DNA of 64,000 bases, from NCBI GenBank assembly GCA_965231215.1, contig OZ246423.1, positions 1,216,001 through 1,280,000 on the forward strand. Direction: 5' to 3'. Positions 20,101 through 29,300 of the stretch are shown one piece after another. The notes below the pieces were generated by a model. That model saw only the letters and a list, made by a program, of their open reading frames with translations, ran no database searches and was not told where the DNA came from. Both the position numbers and the translations under genes were made by a program. The first letter of the stretch is position 1. The number at the start of each line of letters is the position of its first letter. This stretch comes from Candidatus Altimarinota bacterium (lineage in GTDB: Bacteria > Patescibacteriota > Gracilibacteria > UBA4473).

Positions 20101-22456
20101 TTTAAAAGAACACTTAAATAGTTGTTCTCAAGCCTACGCCAATAGTCAGATGGATGGAGTTTCAGGGATAGAAGACTTGGAAGAAATTAGAAAAGTCTTT
20201 ATGGGCGTCGCCGGATCTTTAGATTTAGGTAAAGATCGGTGGGGGGGCGTGGTAGGAGCATTGAAAGACACGCATAAACATATTCCAGAAACAGCTCAAT
20301 TCCTAGACGATGAGTTAGGACTTTTAAAACCTGGAGGATACGAAGAAGCTAAAAGGAATTTTGAAAAAGAGCAAGCCAAAGCCAAACAGGAGGCAGAAGC
20401 TTTTTTTGCTTTAAGTAATGAAGTTTTACAAATTTGGGAAAAAGATATCAAAGAAATTGATGATAAAAAATTTAAACTGCTATATCACGTGGATAAGCCT
20501 ACGATGATGAAATATCTAGATGATTATCAAAATTTAACAGAAGATATAGTGGAAGGGTTTTATAACCCCTTTCTCAAGGATGGAGATTTTTTTCCGCAGT
20601 GGTTTCAGAGATATGCTGATCCAGATCAACAAATTCAAGCCATCAATGATATGAATTTCTTTCATGAATGGAAAGATTATATGTTTGAGAAGCCTTATTA
20701 TGAAAAAGCTAAAGAAGGGTTATTAGATTTTAGAAAAGGATACAAAGAAAACAGAAAGGCTGTGGATATAGGGGCTTTTGATCATTTAGTAAGACGCCCT
20801 TGGCGGTTTTTGAAAAGCATTCGTTATGAAAATGGAGCTACTTTGCTCAGTATCTATCATGTTATTATAGAGGTTTATGAGCTTACAGGGAAGCGGTGGG
20901 AACGCACCAAAGATCGTCGTAAAGCCTGGCTGGGGTCTAAACTTTTTGGTGATACTGCCTGGGGGAAAGAATTCCAACGAGTAGCCAATGAAAAAGAACA
21001 AGAACGGATTGAAGACTACAAGCGTATTCATCAAAAAGCTAATTACCAAGTGCTACAAGAACGAATGAAAAACCCAGGGAATCAAGATGAAGCTCGGGCA
21101 GTGATAGAACTCATGATAGAAAAAGGATATCTTCGTTGGGATGATCCAGAATTTCTTAGAATGCTTATGCGATTTCAGCATGGGGTACGGTTTAATCTTC
21201 CAGAAGATATTGAAAACTATGTAGAAAATCCGGCCGGTCTTAAACTGAAAATTGGTGATGCCGTAAGTGTGATTTGGGATCAGCCAACCTGGCTTAATTG
21301 GAAAGCCGATATGACCTCCAAGTACGAATCAGAAATGGGAAAACACAAAGCCGATTACCGTGAAGAGGTACAGAAGGGGAGTGTAGATGCTTATTTAAGT
21401 GATATGTTAGAAAAATGGGCTTTAGGAGAAATTGATGAAAATTTTGAACGAGCAAAATTTGAAGCTTATATCTATGAAGCCTTTGATAATGGAGAAATGA
21501 ACGGATACCCAGCAGGGGATAGACGGTGGTTTTATCTAATTAAAGGCCTCACTACCAAACTGGGGGGAACCGGAGAAACTATCTTGAGTACAGATGCTCT
21601 TTCACGTCTTGGGAAACTTCAAGGGAAAATGCCTTATACCGATGCTTTTGATGATGGAGTTGGCTGGAAACTCAATGGAAAAGTAGTGCCAGAAGGGACT
21701 CCTGGAGCCCATCAAGGATCTTGGGATTACAATGATATTCAACACTGGAATAAATATTTTGACCATATCAGTGGGTTTAATGGAACCCCTGAAGAAGTAA
21801 CGGTAGCGGTTCGAAGATGGCTTAATGATTCACTAGTGCCCACCTTTGATGCACAGGATCGTATGGGGAAAGTACAATTAACCGATATTGATAGGGATGA
21901 CGCTGGAATACTTCCGTTACTGCTTTCCCCAGAACGGTTAAGATCAGTGCTTGTCTTTGCCTCTGGGGATAAACGCCCAGTAGATGATAAATATTATGTT
22001 CAACTCTTGGATAGTTTTGAAAATAATCTTAAAGATACAATCCATAATTATAGAACATTTGAAAAAAATTATGAAGACTCTGAAGGGTATGACGAACTGA
22101 AACAGACAAACCTACTCCGTATTGGGCAAATGCTGAGAAACTATTTCCTAATGAGCCAAACTATGGCAGGAAACTGGGATGCTGAGTCTCATGTAGGAGC
22201 GGTAGTTTTGAGTGATATTGAATGGGAAAAAAATAAACTTGATGAAAAATATAAAAATATTGTGGGAGTTGTGGGAAAACTTTTTGGAGATGATGGAGAA
22301 GTAACTTCGCTTGTAGATGTACACAATAAAGAACAAGAGCCCTCTAAACATAAGGATAAATCTATTCAGTATACAGCCGATAAAGTAAAAAAAATCTATG
22401 AAGATACTAGGTTCACTGACCTAGGGCTGATAGAGAACTTTATAAAAAATATTTAG
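17132..22456 (+). CDS. Giant alpha-helical hypothetical protein (1774 aa)
   Basis: 5.3 kb ORF, E/K/L-rich, own TGGTATAAT promoter; no recognised domain. Confidence 0.85.
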   Translation: MKFLPLFTHSKRTDDSARFLAFAGSGVETEGAGEERAFLRAQENLKNPYKLSQKDLKVLEKNSDLLNAEDKKLLNGALEFHLSMLQKNGTETVANSFVTGVKFSKLWNLVSPALRVQVEGVMSRDHEQVKAIMAKRKESLSTNDRMHLLRIYRHMRTQKNVDKKLFDQVSETILKTTQSLIAEYEVTSTERGIEALNRSKKFQLQDKIFLLEASQVFPEVEQAQSLITAEQNAKLAMLSDSILKEIIKDLGDGPDGNKKFKRVEYLGSWEAVEALANGQTLSTAPENVRQTLNRLVQASQTAQFLHWAKNWKTFNGGLFLPEHVKALRSIKKDKEAEVNAVHTIFGAEKEMTDSEFQIFLQEWTEEKGDIKLQTKEKGEDDKESFEEASALDRVTEEQKKLNDPRTQFAAFKTKYEAIEAELRPLLSEDESFRNAWGEVPHEAVTLGVALTNPDWETSAEPFDDNILSQKLQEVHEYARNKRGTLAASNEEEEKAKANDYQKASEILDKFSSDLYEESYSKKKKEIDEQASKVRSQAMSQEAQLKEYVDLMQTIHGAPDEAGTLLGQYSEGLKTRIGERRLTGADMSVILQDEDAYELLGKEFYSHDLINIIRNFRDQFKTALVDPIINQLKANQPLNETDFLIELGQKLELGSILKNPDLKPVITELKYQLDGTEIPIKSVIDGIMASFRTDIWEQVRLSYPDLVGRISHNISGRAKTILDIEKATAGERHLHEVMSRYERAHQGLYDHEAIQKGMDAVGDYRRKLSSDQSELNRIKQATNKALGGASKQKIASYLNAYIPAVPVEKIHQALDSVTHTDIIAGNNETLLSQLQAQLPELGPLLQYRPDKKDEILTELGKLVVREGAAQAFDKAIESSSYNLNEGNDKFLGTKVLSEMALQLSPFIQEANILQKRLDYHLLTMQDRLKRGEHFTGAQLQAEFVKPVEDQVVNRLDLIGREAAQILNDLFPEYKERFNDRYLKTFNEKLDLLKEHLNSCSQAYANSQMDGVSGIEDLEEIRKVFMGVAGSLDLGKDRWGGVVGALKDTHKHIPETAQFLDDELGLLKPGGYEEAKRNFEKEQAKAKQEAEAFFALSNEVLQIWEKDIKEIDDKKFKLLYHVDKPTMMKYLDDYQNLTEDIVEGFYNPFLKDGDFFPQWFQRYADPDQQIQAINDMNFFHEWKDYMFEKPYYEKAKEGLLDFRKGYKENRKAVDIGAFDHLVRRPWRFLKSIRYENGATLLSIYHVIIEVYELTGKRWERTKDRRKAWLGSKLFGDTAWGKEFQRVANEKEQERIEDYKRIHQKANYQVLQERMKNPGNQDEARAVIELMIEKGYLRWDDPEFLRMLMRFQHGVRFNLPEDIENYVENPAGLKLKIGDAVSVIWDQPTWLNWKADMTSKYESEMGKHKADYREEVQKGSVDAYLSDMLEKWALGEIDENFERAKFEAYIYEAFDNGEMNGYPAGDRRWFYLIKGLTTKLGGTGETILSTDALSRLGKLQGKMPYTDAFDDGVGWKLNGKVVPEGTPGAHQGSWDYNDIQHWNKYFDHISGFNGTPEEVTVAVRRWLNDSLVPTFDAQDRMGKVQLTDIDRDDAGILPLLLSPERLRSVLVFASGDKRPVDDKYYVQLLDSFENNLKDTIHNYRTFEKNYEDSEGYDELKQTNLLRIGQMLRNYFLMSQTMAGNWDAESHVGAVVLSDIEWEKNKLDEKYKNIVGVVGKLFGDDGEVTSLVDVHNKEQEPSKHKDKSIQYTADKVKKIYEDTRFTDLGLIENFIKNI

Positions 22457-22473
22457 TTTTCATTGACTAAAAA

Positions 22474-23640
22474 ATGAGTAAAGATGTAGGCAATATGACC
22501 TACATTTACTTAGATCATGCAGCGCAGACCTTCCCTCGAAAGGCAGTTATTGAGGTGAGTCAAGAAACGTTAGAACTATCTTTAGGCAATCCTAGTAGTG
22601 TCAATCAATTAGGGCAAAAGGGGAGAGCCATAGTGGATGGGGCTCGAATCTCTGTGGCTAAGCATTTACAGGCTCAACAAGAAGCAATTATTTTTACTTC
22701 TGGTGCTACAGAAGCTATTTCATTAGCTATCATTGGTGGTTATTTAGCGCTGCCTAAAAAAAAGGGGGTGATCTACACATCACCTTTAGTACATAGTTGT
22801 ATCTGGGAAGCGCTCAAATTTTTAGAAAAAAATTTTAAAACTGAAATAAAGTTTTTGCCTATTACTAAAACGGGTTTCTTAGATTTAGAAACTATAGGAG
22901 AATCTGTTTTTAGTGGCGCTGATTTAATTATTTCCGAGCATGGAAATTCTGAAATAGGGCTGTTACAGCCGGTTACCAAAATAGGAAAAAAAATGATTAA
23001 ATGGGCTGAAGAAAACGATGCTTTAAAGCCACTTTTTATAGTAGATGCAGCCGCTTCTATGGTTACAGAAACGATAAGCCTTGAGTACCTAAAAGCTGAC
23101 ATGATAGCCCTTTCTGGTGAAAAGTTTGGAGGACTTTCTGGAAGCGGAGTGCTTTTAAAATCAAATTCAGTTGAACTAAACCCCATAACCGGAGGGAGTC
23201 ATGAGTTTGGATTGAGAGGGGGAACAGAAAACGTGGTGGGGATTCAGGCCTTGAGCAAAGCCTTAGAATTACACATTGCGTCTCAAACAGAAATGCGTGA
23301 AAGGTTTCTCAAATATCATAAATTAGTGAATACATTTTTTGAACAAAAAATGGATTCTTTTCAGATAGTTACGCCTAAAGAAAACTTTTTACCGCATATT
23401 TTTCACTTTATTTTACCCACTGAAAAGGCCGCCCTGTTTGTTGCTAAATGTGATTTAGCGGGTTTAGCTGTTTCAGCAGGAAGTGCTTGTTCTAGTGGCA
23501 GTATTGCTGGCTCCAAAGTTTTGAAAAACCTAGGGTTTTCCTCAGACGTAGCGGAAAGAGGCATTCGTCTCTCTTGGGGATGGAATACAACTGAAAGTGA
23601 AATCAAAAAAGCGCTTGAAGTGATTTCTGAATGTGTGTAG
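22474..23640 (+). CDS. Cysteine desulfurase (IscS/NifS family); start possibly 22495
   Basis: YLDHAA, GNPSS, FTSGATEA, PLP-Lys SGEKFGG, RGGTENV, SAGSACSSG. Confidence 0.93.
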   Translation: MSKDVGNMTYIYLDHAAQTFPRKAVIEVSQETLELSLGNPSSVNQLGQKGRAIVDGARISVAKHLQAQQEAIIFTSGATEAISLAIIGGYLALPKKKGVIYTSPLVHSCIWEALKFLEKNFKTEIKFLPITKTGFLDLETIGESVFSGADLIISEHGNSEIGLLQPVTKIGKKMIKWAEENDALKPLFIVDAAASMVTETISLEYLKADMIALSGEKFGGLSGSGVLLKSNSVELNPITGGSHEFGLRGGTENVVGIQALSKALELHIASQTEMRERFLKYHKLVNTFFEQKMDSFQIVTPKENFLPHIFHFILPTEKAALFVAKCDLAGLAVSAGSACSSGSIAGSKVLKNLGFSSDVAERGIRLSWGWNTTESEIKKALEVISECV

Positions 23641-23784
23641 AATTAGCTTAGCCAATGTATCAAACTTGTACTTGTACCCAAACTAGAATCATGACTTGTA
23701 ACAAGTCAGGGGGTTTGAGTTAAACATTTGTGCTGATGTCTTAATCTGAACTCCCGTTTAAATACTCGGGGGCTTTTTTAAAAT

Positions 23785-24441
23785 ATGAAAAAAATACTGG
23801 TTGTTTCTAGCTATATTCCAAAACCTGGATTTACCTATCCAAAAGGTTTTGAGTGTCCACTGTTACATCAAAATTATGCTCATGCACAAATACGTGGGAT
23901 GTCTAGATTTTTTGATGTTCCCATTGATTGGGAAATTCTTCCCGCTAATAAATATGATTATCAAGGGCTAAGTCAGCACTTTTTTTCAGACCAATATGAT
24001 GGGATTGTTTTAAGTGGTTCTCCTTACTTGTTAAGAGAATCAGAACCCTGGATTTTAAATCTAAGAATGATCTGTGCAGAATTCTTGCAAACTCCAAACA
24101 AACCTATTGTAGGAATTTGTTTTGGAGCACAACTTTTGAATGTTGCCTCAGGGGGAAACGTTGACTCTAGGGGATCGATCCTATGCGGCGAGAAATTTAT
24201 TAAAATGACCCAGAGTACCAAAAAAATTAAAACGCGTGTCTATCATGAGAATTTCTTAACTCAAATTCCCCAGAATGCTAAAATTTTAGCTACTGGACCA
24301 GAAGGTATGCCCTACATTGTTGAGTTTGATGCAAATGTAGTAGGGATTCAAAGCCATCCAGAATTGGAACTAAAAGACGAAACAGAAAACAGAAACGCTA
24401 ATGTTTTTTGGAAACAATTTTTTGCTAAACTTGATTTTTGA
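23785..24441 (+). CDS. Class I glutamine amidotransferase
   Basis: LSGSP, GICFGAQ, QSHPE catalytic triad. Confidence 0.9.
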   Translation: MKKILVVSSYIPKPGFTYPKGFECPLLHQNYAHAQIRGMSRFFDVPIDWEILPANKYDYQGLSQHFFSDQYDGIVLSGSPYLLRESEPWILNLRMICAEFLQTPNKPIVGICFGAQLLNVASGGNVDSRGSILCGEKFIKMTQSTKKIKTRVYHENFLTQIPQNAKILATGPEGMPYIVEFDANVVGIQSHPELELKDETENRNANVFWKQFFAKLDF

Positions 24442-24484
24442 ACCTTTAACTTAGTAGAGGAGGTATGATAAAGGTGCCTCATTT

Positions 24485-24512
24485 AGTTAACACAATTTAT
24501 ATTGTTTTAATT
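24485..24512 (+). repeat. attL: dif-like 11-6-11 site
   Basis: agttaacacaa-tttata-ttgttttaatt; the arms are inverted repeats (9/11); the last 17 bp recur at 34132-34148. Confidence 0.75.
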
Positions 24513-24566
24513 TATACGATAGAGAGTGACTAGTCTTATTCTCTATTTCTTTATTTTTTTAGTCAC

Positions 24567-24857
24567 ATGAAAGACAAAGTTCTTTCTTCTCTCGCTTCCG
24601 TTCGGGCTAAAGCCTTTGCCATTCCTATGATGTTTGGTTTAGGTCTTCTTGGTGTAACCTATGCCCAATCCGCACCACCAGCCTCACTTATCACCTTGAG
24701 TGATACTGAGGAAACTGCTCTCTTCGATATTTATACCCAAGTTCTTGCTTGGCTTAAAGCTTTCGTTGTTGAGTTCAATTTGGTTATCGCAATCGTTATT
24801 GCGACAATCATTATTCTTGGCTTTATGTCACGATTCACTCGAAGAAAACGAGTTTAA
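24567..24857 (+). CDS. Putative major coat protein (pVIII-like)
   Basis: 33-aa signal ending TYA|QS, acidic N-terminus, amphipathic then hydrophobic helix, basic C-terminus RFTRRKRV; ~63 aa mature. Confidence 0.8.
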   Translation: MKDKVLSSLASVRAKAFAIPMMFGLGLLGVTYAQSAPPASLITLSDTEETALFDIYTQVLAWLKAFVVEFNLVIAIVIATIIILGFMSRFTRRKRV

Positions 24858-24866
24858 AAAAACAGT

Positions 24867-24888
24867 AGAAGCCTTCGGGCTTCTTCTT
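24867..24888 (+). terminator. Terminator-like hairpin after the coat gene
   Basis: agaagcc-ttcg-ggcttct followed by tctt. Confidence 0.7.
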
Positions 24889-24979
24889 GGGTGTTCCCCT
24901 CCTTGGCGCGAGGCTCTTGGGAACCCCTTAGAAAAAGTCTTCCGCGCCATCTTCTACATACCTTTTAACCATTACTATT

Positions 24980-25213
24980 ATGAAAGTCGAATTTTCCATC
25001 ATCCATCAAAAGGATATGGGTGAGAAAACCATGTTTTATTGCCTTGATCCTGATAGCGAAGTTGTCGCTATTAAAATTGATAACTCTTTATTGAAGAAAT
25101 TTTATGATGAATCTAAAAAGCTTATTTCTCTTTCTTACCTAGAGATTAAGCGTATCCGCAAGCCAGACTTTGGCTTTGTTAGTCAGGTGGGTATTTATGC
25201 CCCTAAAAACTAG
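24980..25213 (+). CDS. Small soluble phage protein (possible ssDNA-binding pV analogue)
   Basis: 77 aa, beta-strand-like pattern, located in the prophage; function inferred only. Confidence 0.55.
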   Translation: MKVEFSIIHQKDMGEKTMFYCLDPDSEVVAIKIDNSLLKKFYDESKKLISLSYLEIKRIRKPDFGFVSQVGIYAPKN

Positions 25214-25258
25214 TTCACACTCTTTTGCTTGTGTGTGTATTTTTAACCAATTTTGAGA

Positions 25259-25501
25259 ATGCAAGACCTTATTAACAATTTCGATTTTTTCGAGATCACG
25301 GTATCTCCCTTTGAGAACATCTTGTATTCTCAATTTTTGGTTGATTTCCTATTTAACGGTGAATTTGTTTATTTGTTTGCTAACTTATTTATTTTAGCCT
25401 TTATTTTTTCTCTTATCTCTCTCGTTCCAATTGTCATTATGCTTTTCTTTAAATGGCTCTTTTGGGACTGGATTGCTTTTTATTTACATAAAGTTTTTTA
25501 A
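25259..25501 (+). CDS. Small hydrophobic phage protein (minor coat candidate)
   Basis: ~80 aa with a long TM stretch; stop overlaps the next start (TAATG). Confidence 0.6.
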   Translation: MQDLINNFDFFEITVSPFENILYSQFLVDFLFNGEFVYLFANLFILAFIFSLISLVPIVIMLFFKWLFWDWIAFYLHKVF

Positions 25502-26352
25502 TGAAGTCTTTTTTTGACTCTTTATCATATCAGTTATTGCTGGTTTTTATACTAGTTCTTTTTTTCGTTGGGCATCCCGTTTCTAAAGTGAATGCTCAAT
25601 CTCCTAATTGTTCTTCTGATCCTAATATTGGTGTTTCTGGTTGTACTCAATCTGAGTGTTCTTCTCTCGGTGCTTACTGGAATGGCTCATCCTGTGAACC
25701 TGCTGTTTTGGGATGTACAAACTCTAATTCTACTAATTATTCCTCAAATGCTAACACTAATGATGGTTCTTGCTCTACTTGTAATACTATTGATAGGTCT
25801 GGGTGTTCCCAATCCGGTTGTTCAAGTACTGATGGTTTCTGGGATACTTCTGATGTTAGTAACCCTTATTGTCGTGCTAATACACAAGGCTGTACTGATA
25901 TAAATGCAGTAAATTATGATTCTTCTGCCACGACCAATGACGCATCTTCCTGTCTTTATTGTGAGCCTGATGATCCCGGCAATTGTCAAGATCAATCTTC
26001 TTGTGAAGGCGTAGGAGGGCTTTGGTACTCAAACACTTCTACTTGTGGTCAAGATGTACCAGGTTCTACTACTGCTCCTGACCCAGAACAATCACAGTAT
26101 TATGCTTCTTCTGCTTCAGCTGGTTACTTTGAAGCTTTTGAATCTCGTTGTGTTTCGCTCGATGAATCATTTGTTTGTGATCGCTGGGCTTTTGATTTAT
26201 CAGAAGACTTTTTGAAATTTCATATAAGTAGTATTTACAACTCTATCTATAACGCTGTAGGTACATTACTTATTATCACTCTCTCTTTTTTCTTGGTTGT
26301 TCAAATTTTAAAACGACCGATCAAAGCTATTTTTGGTAACTCTAAATTATAA
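25501..26352 (+). CDS. Cys-rich exported phage protein with C-terminal TM anchor
   Basis: Signal peptide (VNA|QS), two GCT...NY...A..ND..C repeats, C-terminal TM and basic tail. Confidence 0.8.
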   Translation: MKSFFDSLSYQLLLVFILVLFFVGHPVSKVNAQSPNCSSDPNIGVSGCTQSECSSLGAYWNGSSCEPAVLGCTNSNSTNYSSNANTNDGSCSTCNTIDRSGCSQSGCSSTDGFWDTSDVSNPYCRANTQGCTDINAVNYDSSATTNDASSCLYCEPDDPGNCQDQSSCEGVGGLWYSNTSTCGQDVPGSTTAPDPEQSQYYASSASAGYFEAFESRCVSLDESFVCDRWAFDLSEDFLKFHISSIYNSIYNAVGTLLIITLSFFLVVQILKRPIKAIFGNSKL

Positions 26353-26353
26353 A

Positions 26354-29300
26354 ATGAAAGCTTTTTTTTATCGTGCTTCGAGCAAAAATTTTCTAAAAAA
26401 TTTTTTGAGAAGTGCGAAACTTTGTCTTTTCGCGCTTCCGCTACTTTTCTCCGTTGCTTTTGCTTACCCTGTAAATAAAAGTAATGGTCAGACTACTATT
26501 TATCAGGGGTCTACTGTTAATTTTTTAGTCAGTACTTCTGATTTAGGTTTTACTCCTGCTGGTATTACTTGGTGGAGTGATTACTATTCTACTTCTCCTC
26601 GTTATGGAGATATTGTCGGTGGTTATGTTTATATTGATGGCGTACAATATGGCACTTCAAGCATATATTTCCCGGGCTTTGGTTTGCCTGTGACTTACAA
26701 TACTACAGGGGCTAAAATTCCTTATTTTTGTTTCCATACTCAAGGTTTAAATCAGCCAGGTGATACTCAAAGCTGTTTTACTTATAACTCGAACAATGGG
26801 GACCTTCCTACTAACAGTTATATAAATGTTATTTCTTATTCGGCTGGTAACCCTGATTTAAAGGTTAATGTGAAAAATATGGTTGATGGCTCTTTGTTTG
26901 AGCCAGGTGAAAACTTCCGATATGTGATTGAGGTTCAAAATGATGGTGGTGTAGAGTTAGGAACAACTCCTAGGATTCAATTCTATTGGAAAAAGGACAA
27001 TCGTTCTTATACACCTGAATATAAGTTTGGTTTTCTTGAACTTCCCAACCTCTCTGCTGGTCAAAAGAAACAGTACCTTTTAACCTTTCACGTTCCTGAT
27101 AATATTCCCGGCGGGAAATACTATTTATACTACGCTTTAGACTCCTTAGCCGAGGTTACTGAATCTTATGAAAATAATAATCGGTATTACGAGGAAATTA
27201 CTGTTTTAGATACTGATCCAGTTTATGCTGAACTTTTCAATGATTCTTCCTTAACTCAGCTTTCTACAACTACAGTTCAGCCCGGTCAAACTCTCCGATA
27301 TTACCCTTATTTTCGTAATACTGGTGATATTGATGCTAACTCCTTTCGTATACAATTTTATTGGCAAAAGGATACTCGATCCTATCAAGATCAATATAAA
27401 TTTGGTTATGCGACTGTTCCGGGAATTGTAAAACAAGGAGTTTACACAAAAGAGTATGTTTTTAATATCCCTGAACATACTCCACCAGGCACCTATTATC
27501 TTTACTATGTGATAGATTCTTTAAATCAGGTAGATGAAAATAATGAAAACAATAATCGTTACTATGCAACGATTACAGTTGAAGATGATACCGCTAACAA
27601 TAAACCCGATTATATAAATGACACCGGCCAAAGCGCTATATCTTCACAAAATTTAAATCCCGGTGATACTTTTTATTACGAACCTTATTTTTTAAATGTA
27701 GGTAATGCAGATGCTACTCGAGATGCTAGTGTCTATTTCTATTTTGGGAAAGATCGTATTTATGATTATGACTATCTTTTTGCAACTTCAACTATCCCCT
27801 CTCTTAATAGAGCACAGGCTCATAATCCAACCTTAAATTTTACTGTTCCACAGTATACACCACCAGGTACCTACTATCTTTACTATGAGATAGATTCATT
27901 TGATCAAATTGCTGAAGAAAATGAAAACAATAATCGTTACTACATTGAACTAACGATTAATTCAGACAATCAAACATCTTTGCCTGATCTTTTGGTGAAT
28001 GAATCATCTTCCCCAATTGATACTACTGTTTTTTTCCCCGGTAAGATATTTCGATACTACCCTACCTTTGTTAATGCCGGTGAAACTGCCTTAACCCGTT
28101 CTTTTCGTGTTTCTTTTTACTTGGAACCAAGTTCTAATGGGCAGAGTTTTCACTCTGATTTTTACCTTGGAAAAGCTGATGTAATCCCACTGGTTGCCGG
28201 TCAAACAAAACAGTACACTTTGACTTTTAAAGTCCCTGAAGATTATTCCCCGGGAAATTATAATTTTTATTATAAAATCGATTCTCTAGATCAAATTTCA
28301 GAGGAGGATGAAAATAACAATCATTACTCTATTTCTCTGGTTATTGATGATCTGTCCGGGGTTCAAGGCTGTACTGATCCAGATGCTTTAAACTACGATT
28401 CTTCTGCTGAGGTTGATGATGGCTCTTGTGTTTTGCCTGGTAAAAATTTATTTGCTTCTTTCCCAGCTTTTGACTTGAACATATTTGAAAGTGAGCCTCC
28501 GAATTATAATCAAGGAGACACTTTTAGTTTTTTCGTTGATATCTTTAATGATGGTACAGTCGATACTGAACCTACTACTATAAATTTTTATGTTAATCAT
28601 TCGGATGTTTCAGCCTCTCAACGATATTCTTCAAATTTAATAAATACCGAGTCTGTTCCCGCCTTGGTCGCTGGTGATACATCTTTTTCTAGCTTTTCTT
28701 ATACGGTTCCAGGTAATTTTCTTCCAGGTACTTATATAATTTCTTGGTCTCTTGATCCCAATAATCTCATTTCAGAAACTAATGAATCTGACAATAAAGA
28801 TTTTGCAATTTTTACTGTTGGTGATCCAGATGGAAATGTAGTTATATCTGGTTGTACCGATCCTTATGCGTCAAATTACAATCAATCGGCAAATGATGAT
28901 GATGGTACTTGTTTCTATGATGATGATTCAGGTGATAATTATTATTCAGAGCCTCCTGCTGATGATGTTTCTTTTACAGACTATGAAAATGAGTGGTGGG
29001 GTGACTACTTCCAAGGTGATTTACAAGATGACATAGATCAAAACTACAATTTAGATGTTGAAGACTATTTTGCAGATGCTTCTTCTGAGTCTTGTACTTT
29101 AAAAATTGGTGTTGCTGATACCACTGTTTTGTCTGATATAAAATTTGTCACTCATGTTTCGAGTTTAAGTAAAATTCTACCACTATCTTCTCCCGTTTCC
29201 TCTACCGGAAATTTTCAAATGTGTAAAGATGGTTTTTGTTCTGCCAATTTTACCGCTAATCTGACTGGCTATGTAGAATCTGGTCTTTATGCTCGTAAAA

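Noticed and set aside
24485-24512. Definitive chromosomal dif/terminus
   Set aside because: Geometry fits, but gene orientation stays mostly plus on both sides; kept only as dif-like
24700-25903. Overlapping ORFs 24700-25023, 25139-25333 and 25592-25903
   Set aside because: Alternative frames over better-supported phage genes; T-rich codon bias produces spurious hydrophobic ORFs
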